This document shows positions 42,954-53,720 of a DNA stretch of 64,000 nucleotides, piece by piece. The notes under the pieces were generated by a model. That model worked only from the letters and a program-made list of their open reading frames with translations. It had not been told where the DNA came from and did not search any database. Position numbers and translations under genes: made by a program. The stretch is from Myxococcota bacterium (GTDB lineage: Bacteria; Myxococcota_A; UBA796; CAJQPC01), in the NCBI GenBank assembly GCA_036012755.1, contig DASCPX010000189.1, positions 68,374 to 132,373 on the forward strand, in the 5' to 3' direction. Every line of letters starts with the position of its first letter. The first letter of the stretch is position 1.

Positions 42954-43571
42954 TCACCAGCTCCCGGCGCAGTCCTTGGATTGCCAGGTGTAGGTCGCGG
43001 GCGGCACGGGGTCGTCCTCGTCGTCCGGCCAGAACTCACCCCGCGCGAAGTCGTAGTCACCTCGCCACCCCTCCTCGTCACCCCAGGAGCTCTCCCGGTA
43101 CCGGTAGACCAGCATCGCGTTCTCCCAGTTCAGCGTCCCGCTGGGGGTGAGGGTGTCGAAGGTCAACAGCATGTCCTCGTCGTCGCTGCCCCAGCTACCA
43201 CTCTGGATGTCCACCCCGGTCCGGAGCACGGCGTAGCCCTCTTCGTGCTCGGTGTTCTCGATGGCCAGCATCTCGGCCGTCGTCATGCGGGTGCCGACGT
43301 AGGAGTAGGTGTCGATGACGTCGTCTTCCCAGTCTCCGCCGTAGAAGTAGAAGATGCGCTCGGTGAGATCGAGGTTGCCGTCGGCGTCGCTCCGGCCCTC
43401 GGCCAGCCGGTAGTAGCGGGTCTCCCCGTCCTCGCAGGCCGTGACGTCCCAGTACTCGTAGCCCTCGGGCACGTTGGGGTGGATGCCTGGGTCGGAGTCC
43501 TCGACCTGAGCGGAGCCCGAGTCGTCTCCGCCGCCCTGGAACTTGCCGCACGAGAGTAGGAACAGGATCAT
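42954..43571 (-). CDS. Hypothetical acidic lipoprotein
   Basis: GGAGG then MILFLLSC at 43571. Confidence 0.75.
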   Translation of the reverse strand: MILFLLSCGKFQGGGDDSGSAQVEDSDPGIHPNVPEGYEYWDVTACEDGETRYYRLAEGRSDADGNLDLTERIFYFYGGDWEDDVIDTYSYVGTRMTTAEMLAIENTEHEEGYAVLRTGVDIQSGSWGSDDEDMLLTFDTLTPSGTLNWENAMLVYRYRESSWGDEEGWRGDYDFARGEFWPDDEDDPVPPATYTWQSKDCAGSW

Positions 43572-43604
43572 CTTGTCCTCCGGGCCGTCAGTATTGCCCA
43601 ACGG

Positions 43605-44666
43605 TCAGCGGCAGCGAAGCACGCATCCGCCGACGTGGAGGCTGGACCACTTGGCGCGCATGGCCTCATGGACCTCGGGCAGGGGGTAGCTGGCGTCGAT
43701 GTAGGGAGCGAGGTCGCCGAGCTCGACCTTGTCGAGGATCCATGCAAGTCGAGGGCCTCTGATCGACGGATCCTGGACCGTCGAGATGATCGTCGGGCAG
43801 CCCAGCACGTCGAGGCCCTTCATCATCAAGAGGTTCGTGGGCAGCACGTTGGCGTTGGGCGCGCCCCGCTGGCCCTTGCCTCGGGCCACGAAGGGGGTGC
43901 TGGCCCAGCCGACGATGAGGAAGCGCGCGCCGAAGCGCACGCAGCGCAGGCTCTCCAGCGAGATCTCCCCGCCGACGCCGTCGTAGACCAGATCCACGCC
44001 GCGGGGGCAGATGGCCTTCACCTCTTCCCTGAAGCGCCCGACAGACCGGACGACGTGATCGGCTCCCTGGGCCTTCACCACCGCGAGCTTCTCCGGTGAC
44101 CGACCGGTGGCGATGACCCTGGCGCCGGCGGCCTTGGCGACGTGCACGGCCGCCAGTCCGGTGGATCCGGAGGCGCCATGGACGAGCACGGTCTCTCCGG
44201 GCTGGATGCGGCCGCGGGCGATGAGGCAGTGGTAGGCGGTCTCGTAGTTCCCCAGCAGGCATGCGCCTTGATCGAAGGACAGCTGCTCGGGCAGCGGAAG
44301 CAGCGCCTCGGCAGGCGCCAGGGTCCAGGTGGCGAAGCCCCCCCAGCGACGGTGGGCCCCGGACGAGCGAGGCCCGGTCCGGAAGCCGTCCGCGATGACC
44401 CGGTCGCCGACGTCGAGGCCGCTGACGCCGGGGCCCAGCTCGGCGACGACCCCCGTGTACTCCAGGCCGGGCGTGTAGGGCGGCGGCGCCATGTGCTGGT
44501 ACTGGCCACTGGTCATCAGCAGGTCGACCCAGCCGACCGCTGCGCTCCGCACCTCGACGAGCACCTCGCCCTCTCCAGGCTCGGGACGGACCTGGTCGAC
44601 GAGCACGACGTGGCGCTCCAGGGCGGCCATCGGTGTCTCTCCGTAGGCCTCGACGAGGACCTTCAC
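43605..44666 (-). CDS. NADPH:quinone oxidoreductase (MDR family)
   Basis: PYTPGLEYTG, VLVHGASGSTG, GVDLVYDGVGG; GTG overlaps upstream stop. Confidence 0.92.
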   Translation of the reverse strand: MKVLVEAYGETPMAALERHVVLVDQVRPEPGEGEVLVEVRSAAVGWVDLLMTSGQYQHMAPPPYTPGLEYTGVVAELGPGVSGLDVGDRVIADGFRTGPRSSGAHRRWGGFATWTLAPAEALLPLPEQLSFDQGACLLGNYETAYHCLIARGRIQPGETVLVHGASGSTGLAAVHVAKAAGARVIATGRSPEKLAVVKAQGADHVVRSVGRFREEVKAICPRGVDLVYDGVGGEISLESLRCVRFGARFLIVGWASTPFVARGKGQRGAPNANVLPTNLLMMKGLDVLGCPTIISTVQDPSIRGPRLAWILDKVELGDLAPYIDASYPLPEVHEAMRAKWSSLHVGGCVLRCR

Positions 44667-45994
44667 GCGTCCCTCCGGTAGATGAGCCCTTCGGCTCGGC
44701 GGTAGGCCATAGCCGTCGGTGTGACGCCCGCCTCTCGGGCTGCCTCCAGGTTCTGACGAACGCCCTGCCCGCAGACCTGGGCGAGCTGCTCCCGCACACG
44801 GTCCATGCTGGCCTCTTGTCGGTGCTCCCATTCCTCTCGCCCGGCCAGCACGCCGGCCCCGTTGTGCACCCAGTCCACCTGGTAGAGGATGCCGCGCTCG
44901 GCCAGGCGCTCGGCGAGCTCCAGCTCCCCCTCGCGAGAGCTGGCACGCAGCTGGTTGTTCGCGGCTCCCATCACGATCCGGCAACGCAAGCGGTCGATCT
45001 CCTCGGGGCCGAGCACGCTCCCGACGGCGTTCGGAGAGACGATGTCGACCTCGGACGACAGGATCTGCCCGGGCTCCAGGACCTCGGCCGGGGTCTCCAC
45101 GAAGCTCCGGATGCGCTCTGTGTCGGCATCCGCGACCAGCAGACGGGTGACACCCTCGGCCAGCAGCAGGCGGGCCAGGGGTCCTCCGACGGCGCCCAGT
45201 CCCTGCACGGCGACGCTCGCCTCTCGCAGTGGTCGGCCCAGGTGGTGGCGGGCCGCCTCTCGTAGAGCCAGGAGCACCCCCTCGGCGGTGGGACCGCCCG
45301 TGGGACCGAGGGCCCCTCCGGGTCCGCCGACGATGTGGCGAGTGAAGTGCTCGCGAAGGACGTCGGCGTGCTCGGGAGAGAAGCCCATGTCCGGTCCGGT
45401 GAAGCAGCGGGAGCGCGTGATGCACCAGGCGAGGAAGCCCAGGGTCTCCAGGTCGTCCAGCGGCACTGGCGCCGCGTGCACGCAGATCTTGCTGCCGCCG
45501 TAGGGGATGTTCGCGCCCACGTTCTTGAAGCTCATCGCCCGGGCGAGGTTCAGGCCGTCGACGAGCACCTCCTCCTCGGGGTCGGAGGGGTCGTGACGTC
45601 GGATCCCGCCAGCCCTCAGGGCGTGACGGCCGTTGTCCAGTCCCATGGCGTTGGAGTGCATGTTGGAGAGCACGCGCGTCTCCCCGTGAAGCCAGCAGTC
45701 CACGCCCTGGTGGCGGCCCTGGCGCAACAGCTCGAAGGCTCGCTCGAGAGGCTCGAGGCACCCTCTCTGGCGGTACAGCTCGAGCGTGGCCTCGGCGTCG
45801 AGTTGGACACCTCGCGCAGGCAGGGTCTCGTGGTCGAAGTCTCGCCCGTAGCGCGCGAAGCGTCGCCCGGAGTCCCACTGGCGGCCGGCGAGGGCGCAGG
45901 TGTCGCCGCTTCGCCAGTCGTGGCGGAGCTGGAGGGTCGTGAGGCCCTCTGCGATCAGCGGGTCGAAGAGGGAGGGAGTGCTGGGATCGAACAT
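44663..45994 (-). CDS. Glu/Leu/Phe/Val dehydrogenase family protein
   Basis: GGIRR, LARAMSFKN, GGSKI, TGPDMG, VQGLGAVG, GAANNQL, NGAG. Confidence 0.9.
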   Translation of the reverse strand: MFDPSTPSLFDPLIAEGLTTLQLRHDWRSGDTCALAGRQWDSGRRFARYGRDFDHETLPARGVQLDAEATLELYRQRGCLEPLERAFELLRQGRHQGVDCWLHGETRVLSNMHSNAMGLDNGRHALRAGGIRRHDPSDPEEEVLVDGLNLARAMSFKNVGANIPYGGSKICVHAAPVPLDDLETLGFLAWCITRSRCFTGPDMGFSPEHADVLREHFTRHIVGGPGGALGPTGGPTAEGVLLALREAARHHLGRPLREASVAVQGLGAVGGPLARLLLAEGVTRLLVADADTERIRSFVETPAEVLEPGQILSSEVDIVSPNAVGSVLGPEEIDRLRCRIVMGAANNQLRASSREGELELAERLAERGILYQVDWVHNGAGVLAGREEWEHRQEASMDRVREQLAQVCGQGVRQNLEAAREAGVTPTAMAYRRAEGLIYRRDA

Positions 45995-46060
45995 GGGGAG
46001 GGACCGTAGCGGCCCATCGTCCTCGGGGCGAGCGCCTATCGTGCGGCCAGGAGGTGCGAG

Positions 46061-48295
46061 ATGGCCCTCGTCGCCTTGGCGGTCGCGCTGACCTGCCCCC
46101 TCGCTCATGGGCAGGAGAACCTCGACTTCGAGGAGGGAGTGCCCGGCGGTGCGCCGATTGGATGGATGGTCCCCGAGGCGGTCCACGCTGCCGGCTACGA
46201 GGCGACGCTCACAGACGCTTCGCCAGCGTCCGGAGTGATGGCGGCCGAGCTCCGATACGTCGGCGAGGGAGACCCCGAGGGCTTCGGCAACCTGATGCAG
46301 ACCGTCGACGCGGCGCCCTGGCGGGGACATCGCGTGGGGATCAGCGCCAAGATCAGGGTCAAGGGTGGACGCGGGCAGCTCTGGATGCGCGTCGATCTGC
46401 CCGACGGCGAGATGGGTTTCTTCGACAACTCCAATGACCGCCCCGTGACCAGCGACGACTGGACCGAGCTGAAGATCGTCGGTGTCGTCGACGAAGACGC
46501 AGAGGACATCAACTTCGGGCTCCTCTACATCGGAGACGGGCGCGCCTGGATCGACGGCCTCCAGATCGAGGACCTCGGGCTGGTAGGGGAGACAGAGACC
46601 GCCGCGGTCTCTGCCCGCGGGATGGAGAACCTGGTGGCGCTCGCGCGGCTGGCGGGGATCGTGGAGTGTTTCCACCCCACCGATCAGGCGCGGGCGACCG
46701 ATTGGACTCGCCTTGTCGCCGACGCGGCGCTCACCTCGGAGGCTGCCCTTGACGCCGAGGCGCTGGCGGCGGCGCTCCAGGCGGCCTTTGCCCCGATCGC
46801 CCCGACGGTCCAGGTCTGGGCGGGCCCCCCCGAAGAGGCACCCCCGGCGGAGCTTCCCGACGCTCGGCGTGCCATGTGGGTCGAGCACCTCGGGATCGGG
46901 AGCAGCTGGCAGGGAGTGGGCCTCCCGTCCAACATCTACGAGTCCGAGGTCCGCAACGGGCGAACGGTCCAAGCCGAGGATCGCCTCGCGGCGACGACGG
47001 TCGCCCTGGGCGGCGGGGTCTCGGCGCGGATCCCCCTCGTCCTCCCCGCTGATCGCTCGGGCTCCTTGCCGCGGCTCGAGGCTCCACCGCCCCTCGTCGA
47101 GCGGCCCGACTGGTGGGTACCCGAGGTCTCGGATCGCTCCGTTCGCCTTGCCGCGACGATGCGGACCTGGAACGTCTTCCAGCACTTCTACCCCTACTGG
47201 GACGTGGTCGATGCCGACTGGCCAGCGGCGCTCCGAGAGGGCCTCGCTGGTGCCGCGGAGGCCCCCGACGCCGAGACATTCCACTGGGTCCTGTCGCAGA
47301 TGGTCGCTCGGGCCCGCGACGGTCACGGCGCTGTCCACACGGGCGGTGCCAGCCACCAGCTCCCGGTAGAGCTGGCCTGGGTGGAGGGGGAGGTCGTCGT
47401 GCTTCGGACCCTGTCCGAGGCCAGCGCGTTGGCGCCCGGTGATGTCCTCTTGGAGATCGACGGTGCTCCGATCGACGCGGCTCTTGCAGAGGCCCTCTCC
47501 GGGATCTCTGCGGCCGGCGACGGCTGGCTCTACTTCCGCGCGATGAACGAGCTCGCTGAGCGTGACAGCTCCGCGCCCGTCGAGCTCCGCGTGCGTCGGT
47601 TCGGCGAGGGCGAAGAGCTGGTGGTCCAAGCCACCCCCCTCACCGTGAAGGCGGCGGCGGAGGTGCTGGAGACCGAGCTCGGCCCGGTCGACGGAGCCGA
47701 GGTCGGGGACGGGATCTACTACTTCGATCTCGACGGCGCCGACATGGAGGAGCTCGAGCCGTTCTTGAAGACCCTCGCCGATGCTCGAGGCGTGATCTTC
47801 GATCTCCGTGGCTACCCGGGATCAGCAGGATCGCAGCTCCTCGGCTACCTCTCCGACGATTGGCTGCGGAGCGCGATCTGGAAGTCGCCGATCTACACGC
47901 TCCCCGATCAGGAGGCTGTCACCTGGGATCTGTCCGGGCGCTGGAGGCTGAGACCCCGGCGTCCTCGCTTGACCGAGAACGTGGTCTTCATCACCGACGG
48001 TCGGGCGATCTCCTACGCGGAGAGCTGCCTGGGCATCATCGAGCACTACGAGCTCGGAGAGATCGTGGGCGCGCCGTCAGCGGGGACCAACGGCAACATC
48101 AACCTCTTTCAGCCCCTGCCGGGGGTCAACGTGGTCTGGACCGGTATGCGCGTGGTGAAGCACGACGGCTCCGAGCACCACGGAGTCGGCGTCCTCCCCA
48201 CGGTCCCCGTCGAGCCGACCCTGGCGGGGGTTGCCCAGGGACGCGACGAGCTCCTGGAGCGGGCGCTGGAGGTCGCGGAGGCCGCCGCGGAGTAG
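46061..48295 (+). CDS. S41-family peptidase, exported
   Basis: AGGAGG SD, signal peptide; WNVFQHFYPY, PDZ-like LAPGDVLLEIDG, FDLRGYP, ISYAES, SAGTNG, GVGVLP. Confidence 0.9.
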   Translation: MALVALAVALTCPLAHGQENLDFEEGVPGGAPIGWMVPEAVHAAGYEATLTDASPASGVMAAELRYVGEGDPEGFGNLMQTVDAAPWRGHRVGISAKIRVKGGRGQLWMRVDLPDGEMGFFDNSNDRPVTSDDWTELKIVGVVDEDAEDINFGLLYIGDGRAWIDGLQIEDLGLVGETETAAVSARGMENLVALARLAGIVECFHPTDQARATDWTRLVADAALTSEAALDAEALAAALQAAFAPIAPTVQVWAGPPEEAPPAELPDARRAMWVEHLGIGSSWQGVGLPSNIYESEVRNGRTVQAEDRLAATTVALGGGVSARIPLVLPADRSGSLPRLEAPPPLVERPDWWVPEVSDRSVRLAATMRTWNVFQHFYPYWDVVDADWPAALREGLAGAAEAPDAETFHWVLSQMVARARDGHGAVHTGGASHQLPVELAWVEGEVVVLRTLSEASALAPGDVLLEIDGAPIDAALAEALSGISAAGDGWLYFRAMNELAERDSSAPVELRVRRFGEGEELVVQATPLTVKAAAEVLETELGPVDGAEVGDGIYYFDLDGADMEELEPFLKTLADARGVIFDLRGYPGSAGSQLLGYLSDDWLRSAIWKSPIYTLPDQEAVTWDLSGRWRLRPRRPRLTENVVFITDGRAISYAESCLGIIEHYELGEIVGAPSAGTNGNINLFQPLPGVNVVWTGMRVVKHDGSEHHGVGVLPTVPVEPTLAGVAQGRDELLERALEVAEAAAE

Positions 48296-48347
48296 CCGTT
48301 CACCAAGAGACCCACCGCCGAAAACGACGATGGGCCCGCTTTCTGGA

Positions 48348-48423
48348 TGGCAGGGGCACTAGGACTTGAACCCAGGACCTGCTGATTTGGAATCAGCTGC
48401 TCTACCAACTGAGCTATACCCCT
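48348..48423 (-). tRNA. tRNA-Trp(CCA)
   Basis: AGGGGTATAGCTCAGTTGGTAGAGCAGCTGATTCCAAATCAGC...GGTTCAAGTCC..CCTGCCA. Confidence 0.95.
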
Positions 48424-48469
48424 CCAGCTTCGCGAAGCTATCCATGCCCGGGGCGCGAGGCAACCGAGC

Positions 48470-49270
48470 TCAGGCGAACCAGCCCAGGAGCGTTCCGACG
48501 AGGCAGAGCGCCGCGAGCGCCCAGACGTAGAAGGCGAACTTGTCGAAGCCGCCCTCTTTCACGAGCTTCACGAGCAGCACCAGGGCGACGTAGCCGCTGA
48601 GCAGCGCCGCCACTGCTCCGACGAGGAGGGGCAGGACCTCGACCTGGTCCCAGGCGGCGTCCCTGGCCTTCAAGACGAAGGCGCCGAGGATGGCCGGGAT
48701 CGCGAGCAGGAAGCTGAAGCGAGCGGCGTACTCGCGGTTCATGCCGAGGAACAGCGCCACGGCGATGGTGGTGCCGCTGCGGCTGATGCCCGGCGCGATG
48801 GCGATGCCCTGGGCGAGACCGATGACCAGCGCGTGCCACCAGAGCATCGAGCTCTGGTCGGTGTCTCTTGTGCGGGCGTAGCGCGTGGCGAAGAGCAGGG
48901 CGCCGGTGATGGCGAAGGTGAGCGAGAGCACGGAGGGCCGGTCGAACAGCGCCTCGAGCGGGTCTTTCAGGCCGACGCCGATGAGGCCCGTCGGGATCGT
49001 CGCCAGCACCACGAGCAGGATGAGGCGGGTGTTCGGCCTCTCGGACAGGGCTCCGGTCTCGGAGAAGGGGGCCCGCAGCATGTCGAGGATGTTCGCCCGG
49101 TAGAAGTAGAGCACCGGCACCAGCGTGCCCAGGTGGACCACCAGGTCGAAGAGCACCTCGTCCCCTGGCGCGGGCAGGAACTCCTGGAACAGGACCAGGT
49201 GCCCGGACGAGGAGACCGGGAGGAACTCGGTGAGGCCTTGCAGGACTCCCAGGATCAGCGCGGCGAGCAT
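48470..49270 (-). CDS. uppP: Undecaprenyl-diphosphate phosphatase
   Basis: QGLTEFLPVSSSGHL, PGISRSGTT, AARFSFLLAIP. Confidence 0.96.
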   Translation of the reverse strand: MLAALILGVLQGLTEFLPVSSSGHLVLFQEFLPAPGDEVLFDLVVHLGTLVPVLYFYRANILDMLRAPFSETGALSERPNTRLILLVVLATIPTGLIGVGLKDPLEALFDRPSVLSLTFAITGALLFATRYARTRDTDQSSMLWWHALVIGLAQGIAIAPGISRSGTTIAVALFLGMNREYAARFSFLLAIPAILGAFVLKARDAAWDQVEVLPLLVGAVAALLSGYVALVLLVKLVKEGGFDKFAFYVWALAALCLVGTLLGWFA

Positions 49271-49288
49271 GGGCCGCGCTTAACGCGA

Positions 49289-49609
49289 CTACTCTTCGGC
49301 CGGCTTGAAGGTCTCGAGGTAGGCGATGAGGTTGGCGATGTCAGCGTCGGACAGCTGCGGGAAGGGCGCCATCGGCGTGCCGGGCTTGCCGGTCTTGATG
49401 ACCTTCTTCAGCTCCCCCTTGTTGGTCCCGTCCCAGAAGGCCTTGGCGGTGAAGTCAGAGGGCTTCGGGTCGAGCGCCATCGCAGCGGGTCCGTTGCCGT
49501 CGGCCTTGGCTCCGTGACATGCCATGCAGTTGGCCGTGTAGGTGGCCTTGCCCTTGTCGGCGTCGGCGGCCTCGGCGGTGCCGAGTGCGAGGAGGACGGG
49601 GAGGATCAT
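49289..49609 (-). CDS. Monoheme cytochrome c
   Basis: Signal peptide, CMACH, PGTPMAPF. Confidence 0.92.
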   Translation of the reverse strand: MILPVLLALGTAEAADADKGKATYTANCMACHGAKADGNGPAAMALDPKPSDFTAKAFWDGTNKGELKKVIKTGKPGTPMAPFPQLSDADIANLIAYLETFKPAEE

Positions 49610-49682
49610 GGAAGGGCTCCGAGTAGCAAAGCTGGGGAGGACAACAGTAGCGCTGGCTTGGACGAGACGCCCGACCGGGCAT

Positions 49683-50081
49683 TCAGATTCCGCCCTCTGG
49701 CTCCTCTGGCTTCTGGTCGTCGTCGTCCTTCTTTTTCGGGTCTGGCTTCTCTCCGCCGGTGCTCGGCTGGTCCCGGCCGTCTTCGAGGCGTTCCATGTAG
49801 ACGAGCACGCGACGGGCGTCGTGCTTGTCGAACTCGGCGCGGAAGGCGGGCATGTCGCCCTGGCCGTCGAGGATCAGCTCGATGAGCGGGTCCTTGTCGG
49901 TGTAGTCCAGCTCGCCGCGCAGGTCGGGTACGCCTCCGGTCAGCGCCGCCGCGGCGGGACCGTCCCCTGCCATGGAGTCGCCGTGGCACTGCCAGCAGGA
50001 TCGATCGTAGACCTGTCGACCCTTCACGTGGTCGGCAGGCCGTTTCCCCGGTTGGGCGGCGATGAGCAACAGCAGCAGCAT
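49683..50081 (-). CDS. Monoheme cytochrome c with charged tail
   Basis: CWQCH, GQGDMPAF. Confidence 0.9.
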   Translation of the reverse strand: MLLLLLIAAQPGKRPADHVKGRQVYDRSCWQCHGDSMAGDGPAAAALTGGVPDLRGELDYTDKDPLIELILDGQGDMPAFRAEFDKHDARRVLVYMERLEDGRDQPSTGGEKPDPKKKDDDDQKPEEPEGGI

Positions 50082-50121
50082 CGTCTCCGTCTGTTATCGC
50101 GCTGGTCACCCAGAGGTCGAG

Positions 50122-50147
50122 AGCCCCGAGGGCGGACCCTCGGGGCT
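50122..50147 (-). terminator. Hairpin downstream of tRNA-Asp
   Basis: AGCCCCGAGGG-CGGA-CCCTCGGGGCT. Confidence 0.7.
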
Positions 50148-50151
50148 TCGA

Positions 50152-50228
<77 letters not shown>

Positions 50229-50267
50229 AGATCAGCTCGGGCGTCGGCCCCTTTGGGGGGACCACAG

Positions 50268-50338
50268 TAGGCGGAGCGGGGATTGAACCCGCGACCGGAG
50301 CGTGTAAGGCTCCCGCTCTCCCACTGAGCTACCCGCCC
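50268..50338 (-). tRNA. tRNA-Val(TAC), CCA not encoded
   Basis: GGGCGGGTAGCTCAGTGGGAGAGCGGGAGCCTTACACGCTCC...GGTTCAATCC. Confidence 0.93.
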
Positions 50339-50369
50339 AAAGAACGACGCTCCTCGCGAAGCCTCGGGC

Positions 50370-50397
50370 ATTTAATCATGGGCCGTCAGAGTGTCAA
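50370..50397 (-). promoter_or_regulatory. Sigma70-type promoter for tRNA-Val/Asp
   Basis: TTGACA-16 nt-TTAAAT with TG extension. Confidence 0.65.
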
Positions 50398-50425
50398 CAC
50401 CCCGGAGGCGAGGCCTCCGGGGTGT
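50397..50425 (-). terminator. 13-bp hairpin downstream of the HU genes
   Basis: ACACCCCGGAGGC-GAG-GCCTCCGGGGTGT. Confidence 0.7.
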
Positions 50426-50447
50426 CGATCCTACAGCGCCTCGGGGG

Positions 50448-50729
50448 CTACTGGACGGCGTCCTTGAGGGCCTTGCCGCTCTTGAACTTGACGCCCTTGC
50501 TGGCGGGGATGTGCAGCGGCTCCTTCGTGCGGGGGTTGCGGCCCGTGCGGGCTGCGCGCTCACTCACGGAGAAGGTGCCGAAGCCGACGAGGGTGACCTT
50601 GTCGCCGCCTGCCAGCGCGTTGGAGATGCCCTCGGTCAGAGCGTTGAGGGCCTTCTCTGCCTCCGTCTTCTTGATGCCAGCCGAGGCGGCGATGTGGTTG
50701 ACGAGGTCGGACTTGGTGGTGGAAGCCAT
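50448..50729 (-). CDS. hup: HU family DNA-binding protein
   Basis: [24 protein letters not shown]. Confidence 0.95.
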   Translation of the reverse strand: MASTTKSDLVNHIAASAGIKKTEAEKALNALTEGISNALAGGDKVTLVGFGTFSVSERAARTGRNPRTKEPLHIPASKGVKFKSGKALKDAVQ

Positions 50730-50762
50730 CGTGGCTCCTTTTTTGTGTTTGGTGGGGTGGGT

Positions 50763-50785
50763 CGGAGCGGCGGAGTGCCGCTCCG
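50763..50785. other. Hairpin between the two HU genes
   Basis: CGGAGCGGC-GGAGT-GCCGCTCCG. Confidence 0.6.
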
Positions 50786-50808
50786 GAGGGGTGTGGGTTC
50801 GAGTTCGC

Positions 50809-51090
50809 CTAGCGGACCGCGTCCTTGAGCGCCTTGCCCGGCTTGAAGCGCACGCCCTTGCTGGCGGCGATCTGGATGGGCTGGCGGGTGCGGGGGTCCC
50901 GACCGGTGCGGGCCGCGCGCTCGCTCACGGAGAAGGTGCCGAAGCCGACGAGGGTGACCTTGTCCCCGCCTGCCAGGGCTCCCTGGATGCCGCCGATGGC
51001 AGCGGCGAGTGCCTTCTCTGCGCTGGACTTCGTGATGCCTGCTGCGTCAGCGATCTGGTTGACGAGCTGTGCCTTTGTAACTGATGCCAT
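50809..51090 (-). CDS. hup: HU family DNA-binding protein
   Basis: MASVTKAQL...[20 protein letters not shown]. Confidence 0.95.
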   Translation of the reverse strand: MASVTKAQLVNQIADAAGITKSSAEKALAAAIGGIQGALAGGDKVTLVGFGTFSVSERAARTGRDPRTRQPIQIAASKGVRFKPGKALKDAVR

Positions 51091-51136
51091 GCCTTGATCT
51101 CCCTTGAAACTACGGTTTGAGCCAGTCGGCGTGCTT

Positions 51137-51165
51137 GTCCTACCAATACGATCCCATGGTGTCAA
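51137..51165 (-). promoter_or_regulatory. Possible sigma70 promoter for the HU genes
   Basis: TTGACA-17 nt-TAGGAC (weak -10). Confidence 0.45.
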
Positions 51166-51307
51166 CAGGTCTCGGCTACTTTCTCGATCGCCGTCAATCG
51201 GCATTGGGGGCCGATCGACGGCCGATCAGGACCCGCTGACCGCCGTCACCGTCCCCTCCGGTGGCCTCGGCTTCCCCTTAAAGGGGCTGGGCCAAGTAGC
51301 CGATATT

Positions 51308-53698
51308 TCAGTTAGAAGCGGGAGTTTCGGCCAGCGTTGGCTGGCGGAAGAGGTCGTCCGGGTTGGCGATGGCGAGGGCCTCCACGAGCACCTCGTCCAT
51401 GTGGACCACCGTCCGAATGTCCAGCTTCTCCTTGATCAGCCGCGGGATCTCTGCGAGGTCGGGTTCGTTGTCTTTCGGGATGAGGACTCGCCGGATTCCG
51501 GCGCGGTGGGCAGCGAGTAGCTTCTCTTTCAGGCCGCCGATGGGGCGGACCTTGCCCCTCAGCGTGATCTCGCCGGTCATCGCGATCTCGCGCTGCACGG
51601 CGATTCCGGTCACTGCGCTCACGACCGCAGTCGCGATGGTGATTCCAGCCGAAGGACCGTCGACGCCCCAGAGCTCGGGCACGTGGACGTGGATGTCGAG
51701 CTCCTGGTAGAAGTCCGGCTTCAGGCCCAGGTTCGCGGATCGACTCCGGATGTAGGTGATGGCGGCCTGGCAGCTCTCCTGGAAGACGTTGCCGAGCTGC
51801 CCCGTCAGGGTCGTCTTGCCGTTTCCGCGAACAGCAGCCGCCTCGATGGGCACCATGACGCCGCCTGCGCTGGTCCAGGCGAGGCCCTGGACGAACCCGA
51901 TCTCGTCGCGCTCGCTGACCTTGCCGTACCTGTAGCGCGGCACGCCGAGGAGCTTCTCGAGGTTCCTGCTCGTGACCTTCGCGCGGGTGTCGGGGCCCAC
52001 GCGCACGACGCGTTTGGCGACCTTTCGGCACACGGCGGCGATCTCGCGCTCGAGGTTCCGGACGCCGGCTTCCTTGGTGTACCGGCGCACGATCTGCATG
52101 ACCGCCTGCTGCGTGATGACGAGGTTCCCGCTGTCGATCCCGTGGTTCTCCAGCTGCTTCGGTATCAAGTAACGTCGCGAGATCGATAGCTTTTCCTGCT
52201 CGGTATAGCCGGGAAGTCGGATGATCTCGAGGCGGTCCTGGAGCGGCGCTGGGATCCCGTGGAGGCTGTTCGCAGTGCACACGAACATGACCTTGGACAG
52301 ATCGTAGTCGAGGTCGAGGTAGTGGTCGTTGAAGGCCTCGTTCTGCTCCGGATCGAGGACCTCGAGCAGCGCGGAGCTGGGGTCGCCTCGGAAATCGGTC
52401 GACATCTTGTCGATCTCGTCGAGGAGGAAGACCGGGTTCGACGAGCCGGCCTTGCGAAGGGCCTGGATGACCTTGCCGGGCAGGGCGCCGATGTAGGTGC
52501 GGCGATGGCCCCGAATCTCTGCCTCGTCCCGGACCCCGCCGAGCGCCATGCGCACGAAGTTCCGGCTGGTCGAGCGGGCGATGGAGCGCGCGAGCGAGGT
52601 CTTCCCGACACCAGGCGGACCAACCAGGCACAGGATCGGGCCCTTCATCCGCTCGACCAACGAAGCGACGGCGAGGTACTCGAGCACGCGCTCCTTGATC
52701 TTGCGGAGCCCGTAGTGGTCCTCGTCGAGCACGCGGGCCGCGTGGAGAATGTCGAGGCGGTCTTCCGTGTATTCACGCCAAGGGAGCGAGAGCACGACGT
52801 CGATGTAGGTCCGGACCACGTTGGCCTCGGCTGACATCGGGCTCATGAGCTTGAGCTTGCGGAGCTCCTTGCCGAGCTTGGCGAGCGCCTCCGTGGAGAG
52901 GTGCTTGGTGCGGATCCGGCTCTCGAGCTCGGAGAGCTCCGACTTGAACTCGTCCTTTTCGCCGAGCTCCTTCTGGATCGCCTGCATCTGCTCGTTGAGG
53001 TAGTACTCCTTCTGGCTCTTCTCCATCTGCTTCTTGACCCTGCTCTTGATCTTCTTCTCGACCTGCAGGATCTCGATCTCGCCCTGGAGATGCTCGTAGA
53101 TGCGCTCGAGCCGCTTGCGCGGGTCGGGGATCTCGAGCAGCTCCTGGCGCTCGGGGAGCTTGAAGTTGAGCTGAGCGACCAGCGTGTCGGCCAACTTGGA
53201 GGCGTTCTCTATCTGCTGGACCGTGAGCATCATCTCGGGGGGGATGCCCTGGGCCAGCTTGACGTACTGCTCGAAGGCGGTGCGGACCGAGCGCATCAGC
53301 GCTGAGATCTCGACGTCGGTGATCTCCGGCTCTTCGACCGGCGCGAGCTCGACGCGAAAGAAGTCCCCGACGTCGACGTAGCGGACGATCTTGGCGCGCG
53401 AGCGTCCTTCGACCAGCACCTTGACCGTGCCGTCCGGCAGCTTCAAGAGCTGGATGATGCTGGCGACGCACCCCACCTCGTAGATGTCGCCGGGCTGTGG
53501 GTTGTTCGTCCTGGCCTCTCGCTGGGCGGCGAGAAAAAGCGTCTTGTCGCCAGCCTTCGCGGCGTTCAGCGTGGCGATGGACTTCTCCCGCCCCACGATG
53601 AGCGGAACCACCATGTTCGGAAACACGACGAGATCGCGCAGCGGGAGGAGGGGCAGCGTCGTGCCCTGGCCAGCCTGGCGCTTGTCCTTGAAGAACAT
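51308..53698 (-). CDS. lon: ATP-dependent Lon protease
   Basis: [32 protein letters not shown]. Confidence 0.97.
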   Translation of the reverse strand: MFFKDKRQAGQGTTLPLLPLRDLVVFPNMVVPLIVGREKSIATLNAAKAGDKTLFLAAQREARTNNPQPGDIYEVGCVASIIQLLKLPDGTVKVLVEGRSRAKIVRYVDVGDFFRVELAPVEEPEITDVEISALMRSVRTAFEQYVKLAQGIPPEMMLTVQQIENASKLADTLVAQLNFKLPERQELLEIPDPRKRLERIYEHLQGEIEILQVEKKIKSRVKKQMEKSQKEYYLNEQMQAIQKELGEKDEFKSELSELESRIRTKHLSTEALAKLGKELRKLKLMSPMSAEANVVRTYIDVVLSLPWREYTEDRLDILHAARVLDEDHYGLRKIKERVLEYLAVASLVERMKGPILCLVGPPGVGKTSLARSIARSTSRNFVRMALGGVRDEAEIRGHRRTYIGALPGKVIQALRKAGSSNPVFLLDEIDKMSTDFRGDPSSALLEVLDPEQNEAFNDHYLDLDYDLSKVMFVCTANSLHGIPAPLQDRLEIIRLPGYTEQEKLSISRRYLIPKQLENHGIDSGNLVITQQAVMQIVRRYTKEAGVRNLEREIAAVCRKVAKRVVRVGPDTRAKVTSRNLEKLLGVPRYRYGKVSERDEIGFVQGLAWTSAGGVMVPIEAAAVRGNGKTTLTGQLGNVFQESCQAAITYIRSRSANLGLKPDFYQELDIHVHVPELWGVDGPSAGITIATAVVSAVTGIAVQREIAMTGEITLRGKVRPIGGLKEKLLAAHRAGIRRVLIPKDNEPDLAEIPRLIKEKLDIRTVVHMDEVLVEALAIANPDDLFRQPTLAETPASN

Positions 53699-53720
53699 CC
53701 AGAGGCCAGTCTAACTCGCC

